Shown here: positions 53,353 through 64,000 of the stretch, one piece after another
Position numbering within the stretch: position 1 is the stretch's first letter
Layout of the letters: the number at the start of each line of letters is the position of its first letter
Assembly (NCBI RefSeq): GCF_018977255.1
Contig: NW_024704743.1
Span: 87,980,001 to 88,044,000, forward strand
Length of the DNA stretch: 64,000 nucleotides
Direction of reading: 5' to 3'
Source: Callorhinchus milii
Taxonomy: Eukaryota
The notes under the pieces: generated by a model
What the model was told of the DNA's origin: nothing
Seen by the model: the letters and a program-made list of their open reading frames with translations, nothing else
The model's database searches: none
Made by a program: the position numbers and the translations under genes

Positions 53353-54569
53353 CAGAAATCATAATGCATACAGTATTATTTTCCCTTGGTGTTGCAATCA
53401 TGGATGTTTGTTCCCCCTCATAATGGTTTGAGGAATGGAGGATAGATGTGATTGGTTCTGTTTTGTACAAATATCATAAATAACAGATAGCAATTTTGTC
53501 TGACATATAATCAGTACCCCTTCTGAAACTGCAGGATATGTCAGTTTCACTGTAACATTCATACATGCAACAAACTACTATTTAAACTCTACATTCACGC
53601 TTTCACTTGCTTCAGGCCACTGTTAAGCGTTCCGAAACGCTACCCTGAAAGGTGCTATATAAATACAAATTGTTCTTGATGTTAAAGGCACCGCATAAAT
53701 GTAAATTATCATTATTGTATTTTGTAAATTTGTATTGAATCTCAACTTCCAGTTCACAGTAAAATCTGATTATAATTTTAAAAAAGGTAATATTGTAATG
53801 TTCAGCTAAAAAGTTAAATTGTTAAAACAAATCCCTTTGCATGAAATCTCTTGTATTGTATTTAAGATTTATTTTGTAATAGATACATGTGCATTATTAT
53901 ACCACAATGCCTGTTTTTTTGTTTCAGAAGGGAATATTTTACAAGGCTGGATTGCCTATTAAAGAAATTTTTAACATTTGTAGCCTAAACTGTTTTTTTT
54001 ACTATATTTTGATGAAAATAACCGAGCCTTTAAACCCAAAGATGTCAAGGAAAGCAGAAGAAGGATTTGAGGGACAATTAAGATGATAATCTGCAGAACT
54101 TTTCTGAAGAATGGCACATGTTAGACTTTCAATGGAGATTTTTGGATTCATTCTCAAGGGAGGATGTCACATGCTAACTCCCTGCGCACTTTCAGTTGAT
54201 ACCGATTATGTTAGACTCGAGGGAGGATGTCACATATGTTTCCGTGTGTGCTTTTAATTAGAAATAATTAAGCAAGACAAGTGAAGGTCAACTTTCTGAT
54301 AGTGTTTAAAAAGCAATTATATCTTGTAACAACTTAGCCTGGTGGTAGGTGTGAGAAACTCTGGCCATCTGATTGGATGGTTTCTATTTGCATAGTCAGT
54401 CAAATGGAAACAGACCTCCAGTTGGCAACTGGATATTTGAATCGTGAAGTTCTTCACCTACCATGGTAAATTTGGGAACGTTTTCAATGTGGCTGATTTC
54501 AACTTGCAGACAAAGAGGTGAAGCTTTTTTTAAAAAAAAGTTTACTAACTATTTCGGTCACAATCTATT

Positions 54570-54850
54570 GAACAGATCTATTTTCATGGTTTACAGAATG
54601 TGTGGAGCAGTATTCCCATTCACTAAGACATTGGAAGAAGAGGACATAGATTTAGAGTCGCAAAAGGCAATTTCGGGATAGATACCGGGAAGCTTTTCTA
54701 TACCAAGCGGGTAATTAACAACTGGAATAGGTTGCTAAGAAATGTGGTTCAGGCCAGGATACTGGACCCATTTTTAAAAAAAATAGCTTGGTTAAGGGTA
54801 AAGTAGGTATTCTGGAAGGATGGAATCAAATCAGTCAAAGGGCCATCATC
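54570..54850 (+). mobile_element. Degraded CR1 3' fragment
   Basis: agaggacatagatttag...ttttctataccaagcgggtaattaacaactggaatagg (RGH...FF.QRV..WN.L pattern). Confidence 0.7.
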
Positions 54851-55419
54851 ATCTAAACTAATCTGTGATCAATGTTGTGTGGGAACAATACACCTGGTTT
54901 AATCGATACTATTAATGCTTGGGTTTCACTGGGGTTATCTGACAGCTTAACACACTGTGAAGTTTTACATGTGCTGTCGTAGCTTGGCAATCTTTCTGTT
55001 AAGTATATGTTAGTGTGCTTCTCTCGTGCAGTGTCTGGGCTATATGATATTCACCATAGGAATAGCTGAAAGGGTTATGGGCTGCCATTACCAAAATGGA
55101 TGTCCTTGAGGTGGAATCTGACAGCAATCATGGAAAAGGAGCAGAGCAGGACCAACCTGCCTTGAAGCAATGGAGCAGGTGTGTAAAGCAGGATCGTAAA
55201 CAAACGATTGTAAAAAGTAATTAAACAGGTAAATGTGCAGGGACAGAATCACCTTAATGCAGTGAGCAACTCTCATTTTAGTTGCAAAATGGCATGTACA
55301 GTATCAAAGTAGTGATGGATCGCCCAACTACCCTCGTGGGCCATAAATAAACAATTGATTAAACTTGCCTCATTTTTGATTTTTATATTTTTTTAAATTT
55401 GGATGGATAACAGACATTT

Positions 55420-55692
55420 GTGGAGTCCTGTAGCTCAGTAGTTAGAGCACTTGCTTTGCAAGCGAGAGACTCCACACGCCTAATAATAATCCCTCCAAAA
55501 ACAATAATAAATCGGTCATTTTCAATCTACGACTGTTTGTGGGACATTGCTGTGCGCAATTGGCTGCCGCGTTCGCCCACAAATATATAGTCAATTCACT
55601 TTACAGTGTGTTCTGTGAAGCGCTTTGGGACGTCCTCCCGACGTGAAAAGCGCTATATCAAATGCAAGGATTATTATTATTATATTATTATT
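55420..55692 (+). mobile_element. Family A SINE with internal deletion
   Basis: Nearly identical to 42924-43244 but lacks about 47 nt including the B box. Confidence 0.95.
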
Positions 55693-56885
55693 TCCACCTT
55701 GATTTGTCTTTTGGATTTTTTTTTCAATTTTGAATGAGCTTTTCGTCTACAAAAATGACTGACGTCTGGGTATAAGCTCACCACAGATGTCACTTCCTGA
55801 GCACGTGTTCTGTGTAAGGGCAGGGCCTCTAATGTCACCTGACATTCAGATTACACTTGCAGTTTCATGTTCGATCATGGCTATGGCCACCTCCCCTTTC
55901 TCCTTGGTTCAGTGTCAAGCTCCAGCATTGTTTGGAATTCCGAGACGCTACCTCGTGCAAAGGGCATTATATAAATGCAAGTTCTTGTTGTCGTCGTCAT
56001 CACAACCTGAGCATTGTGGAGAAAGTGACATCCATAGTACCCTCACCACCGGACGTCAGCAATTTGTGGAATTTTAAAACTTGACAAACAGAAATGTAAA
56101 AAGCAATGTTTAATGATTGAAAATTATTGCCTTCAATTTTAAGAAAATTAGGGGAATAAACACCAGTGATTTTTAACAATTAAAGTTTGGAATCGGCAAG
56201 CCTATCCATGATATACCAGGCTCAAAGTTGTGGCATGTGATGCTGTTACATCAACCAAAATTAGTCAGAAAGAATAAATACTTATCACTGACTAATGGGA
56301 GGGTGCAGGGGTTAACCTACTGCGTTTTGGACCAATGTAATAAATTCACCTGTTAAATACTTAGTCACTACACTTTACAATTTATCTTCTGAAGCACTTT
56401 GAGACGTCCTCCTGATGTGAAAGGTGCTATACCAAATGCAAGGATAATTATAGGATTAAATATCACTGGTGGTCACTTCACATGTCACGTATCCTAATAT
56501 GTTGAGTCAGTGCTTTCCAGAAATCATCTGCATTCCCTATTGTAGTAAATACTTTTACCGACTTTCTTTTAGTGCGATCTTTGCTTGTTTAATGTTGGAA
56601 AGATTTTAAGGGATAAACCTGGGGTGGAATGTGTACGGGAAAGATGAGCCTCTTGGTGATCCCTGTTTCTGGCAACATGTTGTGGAAGAAGACCTCAGTC
56701 TGCGGCAGCTGCTGTGTCAATTGACATGTACAACGTAACATGTTAGTGGGCAACAACAACAAGATTCCATTTATAGAGTGCCTTTCACGTCAGGAGGACG
56801 TCCCAAGGCGCTGGATTGATCTGATGATTTTTTTCCTTGTTTTAAACCATAGTGGTGGCTATATAGATATATTTGACTCTTACTT

Positions 56886-57430
56886 TGTGGAGTCCTGTAG
56901 CTTAGAGCACTCGTTTCGCAAGCGAGAGATCTGGGTTTGATTCCTGGGCAGCGCAAAACATTGGGCAAGTTTCCTTACTCCACATACCTCTGTTTACCTA
57001 GCAGTAAGTAGGTACCCGGTTCTTAGTCGATTGGCTTTTTTGGGGGTAATAATCCCTTTTAAATAAAAAATAATAATAATTTAGTCACTCAATCCTCGAC
57101 TGATTGTGTGGCACTGGTGCGTGCAATTGGCTGCTGCATTTTATCGACAAAACAGTCAATTCACTTTACAGTATATTCTGTAAAGCGTTTTGAGATGTCC
57201 CGAAAACATGATAAGGTGCTATATAATAAAATAATAATAATAGTTGCATTTGCTATAGCATTTTTCATGTCTTCTAGATGTCTCAAAGAGCTTCACAGAA
57301 TATCCTGTAAAGTGAATTGACTGTATATTTGTGGGCGAAAGGCGGCAGCCAATTGTGCACAGCAGTGTCCCACAAACAGTCGTGGATTGAAGTGACCAAT
57401 TTTATTATTTGTTTTCTTTAGGGATTATTC
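56886..57430. mobile_element. Two family A SINEs tail-to-tail (+ 56886-57230, - 57227-57430)
   Basis: Inverted homologous 3' halves sharing an (AAT)n spacer. Confidence 0.92.
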
Positions 57431-59123
57431 TCAAACTGTATCAATTACAAGGATTATTATTATTTTTATTACTATAAATCAGCAGACAGAGGCATTCTGT
57501 CAAGCATCCTTGAATAAGGACTTCTAAAGTTTGTTGTGAAGCTAAAGCTGATTAATGATTTGTGGATATTTCAAGTGGGTGTTCTAAAGTGCCTTGTCCT
57601 TACAAATATCACATTACATGAACTTGCTTTTAATGAACACTGATACCCTTGTGAGGTGGAATGCCTTATCGCAGCATCTGGATTATAGTTTAGACTGAAA
57701 CCAGTAGCAAAATGAGCATTATTGGTGATTTATGGGATTATTTGTGAGTTTAATTTTTTTTGTGAAATTAAAAGTTTTGAAAGATTGTGGATGTAGGATA
57801 ACTTGTCCTTGTTACAGTCTTCTCAACTGCTCTCAGCTGTTATACAACTTTTATATTTAAACAAAATTCCTGCTGCACTGTATCGATCGATAATTCACTT
57901 CAATGCCCACTGTCCTGCCCTTTCATTTAGGAGGCCAATGATTGTATATGAAAATTGTAAAAAAAAGCAAATCTGTCTTTAAAGATTATGTAGAACAAAT
58001 TCTATTCAGGAGGTTCATCAAAATTGATTTGTATTTATTTAGTGCCTTCACATACAGTAACATCTTGGAGGGCCTTACGAGCACAGGATTAGATGACGAG
58101 CAAGAGTGGAGGTGGCTGTAGGAACGATCAAAGAGGTAGGATTTGAGGGAAGTCTGAAATACGGATAGAGAGGGGTCGAGATGAAGAGATAGTGGAAAAG
58201 AGTTCTAGGGGTTTGGGGAATAGGAACTGAAGGCTTGGCTACTGATGGTGGCGCAGAGAGGGTGGGGAACGTGCAACAAACCTGAATTAGTTAAACTGAG
58301 TGGGTGAACAGAGGAGCAGGGTAGACAATGAGAGAGATGTGCCAGGGTGCGGATTTGTAGGTGAGGGTCAGGACCTTGAAATTGAGGGATCAGGAATGCA
58401 TGTTGCTAAGGTGAAATGGATGAATAAATAATCCTTTAATTTGATATAGCACCTTACACGTCATGAAAGCATCTCAAAGCAGTACTCAAATTTACTGTAG
58501 CGAGTAGCAACTGTATTTGTACGCAGACATGGCAGCCAATTTGTGCACAGCAATGTCTCACAACAACCATGAAGTGAACAATCAAATTTATTCGGCCAGG
58601 ATACCAGGAGAAACTGCCTTCTCTTTCTAAATAGTGCCATGGGATTTTTAATATCCACAATTCATATTAATATCATATAAACAGGCTGACAGGACTTTTG
58701 AAGAGGTGGAGGCAAGATAGAAGTTTAGATTAATGTGTACCGCTCTCCCGCATATTAGTTGTCAGTATGGATGGCAGGGGCTTGGCAGCAGGTCTAGCCG
58801 CTTGCTCGCCATACAATGGTCATAGGAGAAGCTAAATGGGGGGGGTGGGAGTGAGAAAATACATTTTGAAAAATAAATAACGATGATGGATGAAGTACAG
58901 GCTTTAATTTGACTTGTGAAAGAGTCCCAATATAGTTCCTCATGTCTGTGACTCTTGTGGGAATTCTCTATTGTGAAGTAGAAAACAGTATCGCTCGCTA
59001 TCATGATTTAACCTCTCGCTGTTGAAGATTATGGATTTTGAGTTAATTTTAGTCCATTAGCATTCCAGCCACAATGTCTTTACTTCCGGTAGGGGTGAGG
59101 GGTAATTTCATGTGAAGATTCTA

Positions 59124-59185
59124 AATGCATATCTGGGGCTGTTTACAATGCATACCTGGGCTGTATATAATGCATACCTGGGGCT
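59124..59185. repeat. Minisatellite, about 3 x 22 nt (aatgcatacctggggctgtttac)
   Basis: Directly visible tandem units. Confidence 0.85.
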
Positions 59186-60989
59186 TTCTCAGTGCCTTGG
59201 GACGTCCTCCCGTCGTGAAAAGCGCTATACAAGTGTAATCTTGTTGTTGTTGTTCCTCAGATCAGAAAAGACTCAAAAAGACTGACAACAACAACAACAT
59301 CAACTTGCATTTATATAGCATATTTTAAGCAGGATAGCATCTTGGAAAGCAAAACGACCAAATGAAATGGAGGCTGGAAAATGGTCCTGACTTGCCCTTG
59401 GTATCACAATTTCACTTGCAAAGTATCGCATTTTCAGCCTCAGAATGTAGCTCAACATTCTCAATTCACAATATGCATTTGTACATTGGGACTTAGTCTG
59501 ACAACACTCCACTACAGTGCAGGGAGAATGCTGTGTTGTTCTATGAATTTTGTTGCTTGGAACAATATACAAATGTAACCTATAAGTGTAGTGAAGAGTA
59601 ACTTTAGAATGGACAGCCATCTTTATCACTTTATCACTACCACACATTGTTGCCATACCCAAAGAGTTGAGTGTTTTTAAACTAATATCAGGTTCAGTCT
59701 GCGGTTTGGCAGCAATGCCAAAACCAGTCTTTGGTAGAAGTGCCTGCAGTTGTTTGGTTTTGTTGCCAGGTTCCTCCTCTGCTTGCATTGACCAATATCA
59801 GTGCTCCCAGTGCTGATGAGTGTGATGTCAACACATAAGATATACAGTGTTGTTGCATTTTCTTAAGGTGAAATGTGAAACCAAGTCTGTCTATTCAGGT
59901 GGACGTACACTATTTGAAAAGCGAACAGAGTTTCTCTTGGTGTGCTGACCAACAATCCCCCAAATAAAATTGGTTATTCTGTTTGGCTGTTTGGGGACAT
60001 TGTTGTGTCTAAATTGGCTGGAGGTTTGCCTACAAAATAGTTACTGCACTTTACAGTAAATCTTGTGAAGTACGTTGAGACATCCTCCTGATGTGAAAGA
60101 CACTATCAAATGCAGTAATTTTTGGGGGCATAACTATCTGTGATCATTCATGTGACACAATGTACCTTTAACCAACTGACTCTGCTTAAATAATAGTTGC
60201 AGAATACGAGGAGTGAAAAGGATGAGAGCAGCACTGTGACCGTTATGTGGCAGAGGGTTAAAAGCTACACTAAATTTCCATGATTCTATTGCTTCAGAGA
60301 TTTAATGACAGGAATACAGTGTTTGTGACATTGTTGGGGGTATCACCGATCCTGTGCAGAAATTAAGTTGGAAATATTGCATTTCGGGGGCATTTTGTTG
60401 AACTATCAGCATCCACTTGAGAGTTTCTCCTCAGGGAGCAGGAGGCATAGGCTAATAAAGCCATATCAAATGCAGGGATTATTACCACTATGTGGCTGGT
60501 GCCTAATGAATATTCCTGCAGGCTGCCATAAACTAATTACTTGCTGTACATGAACTAATATTTCAGCCAAATAAGAGTAGTAGCAGTCATTGCTCAGATT
60601 ATGTTGGGTGCAAAGCAGTGCTTCTTAACAGCTTTTCTTTTTGTTTTTGCTTAATCACCAACAATTGCAGTGGAGCCAGACTGGTGTTACATGAAACATT
60701 CAAGTATCAAAAGGACCTCAATTGCAAAGTACTTGTGTTGTTCTGTGGGCAAAATTATTATTATTTGGGGTCTGCTGGAGATGCACTGAGTAATTTTACA
60801 TCTTGAAACATGCTGATATTGTTTTATTTGATAAAATGCCTTGTCACATTGTTGATTAATCTCAAATTGCTTCAGAGGATTTACTGTTAAGCATAGTGAG
60901 TATTTAAATGCATTGGGATGCTACCCTGCCTGAGGGGCACTGTATGAGTGCAAGTTGTTGTTTTGTAGGCAAACACACTTGTATTATGT

Positions 60990-61200
60990 TTGAACAAAAG
61001 TACTGTATAGCTGGAAATCTGGTATAAACACAGAAGTCGCTGGGGACATGTTGCAGGCCAGACAGCATCCACGGAGAGAGGAAAATTAGTTAACGTTTCA
61101 GGTCTATGACCTTTCATTAGAACTGGACAGATTATAAGGAGCAGAGAAGTGGTGGGTGGAAGAAAGACAAATAAAACATTTTTAGATGGAGGTCAGAAGA
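60990..61200 (-). mobile_element. Penelope-like element terminal fragment with degenerate minimal hammerhead
   Basis: Minus strand reads agttCTAATGAaaggtcatagacctGAAAcgttaact; flanks resemble the recalled common shark Penelope-like end. Confidence 0.7.
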
Positions 61201-61695
61201 TAAATTAGATTAAAGGTGTTGATGGTGTAAGACAAAAGGCAATAGGGGGATTATAAAATGAATAGATGCAACTAAGAACTGCATTATGTTTGATACAGTT
61301 TGGACAATTTTATCTGGATTTTGTAAATTCAAGGTGTGTTCAAACTCCAGTAAAGCTATTGATTGTGTTGTTTCTGGCTATAAGCAAGTTATAACCAAAG
61401 CTGTTCAGTGCTTGTCACTACTTATATCTTAAGAGTTAGATTTTGGCTGCTGCATTTGCAGACAAAATGCACAGCCACATCACTTTACAGTATGCCTTGT
61501 TAATATTTATCTGTTTATTCATTATTTTACTTTGTGTAGTGAGTTGGGAGGAAATTTATCCTGTTAACTTTCCTTTTAAATCATTATTTTTGACCAAAAA
61601 ATGGTGTGGGATTGAGTAAAGGCCATGAGGCAGAGTACAGGTTATTAAATGTACAAGAGTTGCTGTTAAAACAATACAGATTTATCTTCTGATAG

Positions 61696-61733
61696 ATTTG
61701 AGCTTTCAAGATTTTGACATTGGACGAATGAAG
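61696..61733 (+). other. PTPRD: Candidate 5' UTR micro-exon (38 nt), PTPRD-like
   Basis: Acceptor tttatcttctgatag|, donor AAG|gtaaat; ends with ATGAAG. Gene name from recall. Confidence 0.55.
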
Positions 61734-62724
61734 GTAAATAATTTATGTTTGGTGGCTAGAACTATGGCTTTGGAAGGCTAAATCATTGGATAAATCCCCA
61801 AAGTTCTGATTTGATTTACCCCTGGACAAACTCACAGTGTTTATCCTCATCACCTAACTAAGCAAGGCTCAATGTGGCCTGTAGTTAACCATCTATGGTC
61901 TTTTATAGTGATGGCAAACTACACTAATATTTTCCAGACTTTGTTTGCATCCTTGTAGATTTGACCCCTTGGTAGAAGCACTACAATTGAATTATATGCA
62001 TTTTGTTACTTGGAGCAATGTATACGTGTAACCTGTAAGTGTAGTAAAGACCAACTTTGGAACGGACAGACACATAAGATACAGAGTGTTGTTGCATTTT
62101 CTTCAGGTGAAATGTGAAACCAAGTCTATTCAGGTGGACATACACTATTTGAAAAGCGAACAGAGTTTCTCCCGGTGTGCTGTCCAACAATCCCCAAAAT
62201 AAAATTGGTTATTCTGTTTGGTTGTTTGGGGATATTGTTGTGTCTAAATTGGCTGGAGGTTTGCCTACAAAATAGTTACTGCACTTTACAGTAAATCTTG
62301 TGAAGCATTTTGAGAACATCCTCCTGATATGAAAGACACTATCAAATGCAAGAATGTTTTTTGGCATAACTATCTGTGATCATTCATTTAACCAACTCAC
62401 TCTTTGCTTAAACAATGGTAGCAGAATACGAGGGAGAAAAAAGATGAGAGCAGCACTGTGACCATTATGTAGCAGAGAGTTGGTGGGTTAAAAGCTACAC
62501 TAAATTTCCATGCATACTTCCATTGCTTCAGAGATTTAATGACAGGAATACAGTGTATGTGACATTGTTGGGCACATCACTGATCCTGTGCATGGCAGAA
62601 ATTATATTGGAAATATTGCATTTTGGGAGCATTTTGTTGAACTGTCAGCATCCACTTGAGAGTAGCTCCTCAGGGAGCAGGAGGCAGAGGCTAACGCAGC
62701 ATAAGGAGAGTTTGCAACCCTATT

Positions 62725-63450
62725 TACATCTAATTTTTCAAGCTGCAAGGAAGAAGTATCACAATCTCTATTTTCAGAATCATACCTTGACCCATTCAGC
62801 CTTCCCTCATCTCTGCTACATTGTCCACTTCTGCCACTACCTCCCCCCTTAGGCCGCCAAGACCCTGATCCATCTTTTTATCACGTACAGGCTTGACTAT
62901 TTTAACTCCCTTCTCCACAAGCTGCAGACTATTCTGAACTTTGCAGCTCGTGTTCTCTCCCACACCAGGCTCCGCGATCCATATCCCCACCTTTGCCTGG
63001 CATCAGTGGCTCCCCATCCCCCAGAGGTTTGAGTTCAAGATTGACATCCTCACCTTTAAAGCCCTCTATGTTCTTGCCCCACCCTATTTCTCCGACCTTC
63101 CAAAACCTTACCAAGCCGCTCGCTCCGTCCACTCGGCAGGCACTGGTCTGCTTCAATCCCCCACCCCTTTTGCCCCACTATTGGAGGTCAAGCCTTCAGC
63201 TTTTCTGCCCTCAACCCCTAGAGGTCCATCCTGGAGTCCCTTCACCTCGCCCCTTCTCTTGCCTCCTTTAAAATCCATCACAAGACCTTCTTCTTTGATT
63301 GCATCTCTGGTCATTTTTCTACCCCACCCCCCTTAATCTACATCCCTCCCAAACCAAACCCCAACTCGAGTGCAAACCCTCAACTGTCCAGTGCCTGGTA
63401 AGGTCCTACTTAAGTAAAAGGCACTCTATAAATGCAATTTGTTGTTGTTT
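62725..63450 (+). mobile_element. 5'-truncated L2
   Basis: WLPIPQRFEFKIDILTFKAL; (TTG)n tail. Confidence 0.9.
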
Positions 63451-64000
63451 ATTTTGTTGAAACACATCCTAAAATTTGCCTGGGGCATATTTGTATGCAT
63501 TGTGATTAACAACAAACTTGTATCTGAGCCATTAAATCTCAATTAGTTATGAGAAGTAAATAAAATACTTGATGTGGCTTCATTCACTTCAGTTTCCAAG
63601 AAACAAGCCTTTACATACTACATCTAAGTGTACATGGAGATGTTTTAAATATGGCAGTTTTCCAGATCACAGGATTCGTTACTTTACAGAGCATATTTTA
63701 TTTAAAACTTTGGATTTCAGAATATTATTCTGTGGTATTTTACGAGCATGGAAACATATTTTCTATAATCATTTTTATTGTAGTTTAAATAACAGTGCAA
63801 ATTTTTAATATAACGTTTTTTTGTTGCCAGGTTTCTTTACAAAATGCACAAACACTGCAGTAAATCCTTTGCAGGGCTTTGCGATGCTTTGTGATATCTT
63901 CCCGATATCAAAGGCACTATATCAAATGCAAGGATTTTGTTATTTATTTTCTTTTTCTTCATCAGATCACCTCTAAGATCAGAAAAGGCATTCGGCATTA

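Larger units (their letters stand above)
59540..62695 (+). repeat. Local direct duplication: 59540-60455 and 61995-62695
   Basis: Colinear similarity runs through a SINE remnant into non-SINE sequence; the second copy lacks about 59617-59830. Confidence 0.95.

Noticed and set aside
59124..59185. CRISPR-like repeat array
   Set aside because: No unique spacers or cas genes; an ordinary vertebrate minisatellite.

Overview
Vertebrate genomic DNA, AT-rich and CpG-depleted outside young repeats. The repeat families point to a cartilaginous fish, possibly a chimaera (inference). No complete host protein-coding gene, rRNA, true tRNA gene or CRISPR array is present. The window reads as intronic sequence of one very large + strand gene. 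Small exons with canonical splice sites occur at 1495-1598 (104 nt), 7326-7365 (40 nt), 33027-33065 (39 nt) and 61696-61733 (38 nt), with weaker candidates at 6638-6723 and 45503-45530. Their sizes and sequence resemble my recollection of the multi-exon 5' UTR of PTPRD (unverified). Spliced together they build uORFs, one starting at a near-perfect Kozak ATG and ending at a stop created by a splice junction. The rest is mostly retroposons: one young near-full-length L2 LINE (48951-52311, minus; APE endonuclease plus RT, disabled), many truncated L2 and CR1 pieces, a tRNA-Ala/CORE-like/Deu-like composite SINE sharing the L2 3' stem-loop, and a SacSINE1-like Deu SINE. There are also two MITEs, a Penelope-like end with a mutated minimal hammerhead, a 0.7-0.9 kb local duplication and several candidate enhancers. 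Repeat boundaries are approximate.
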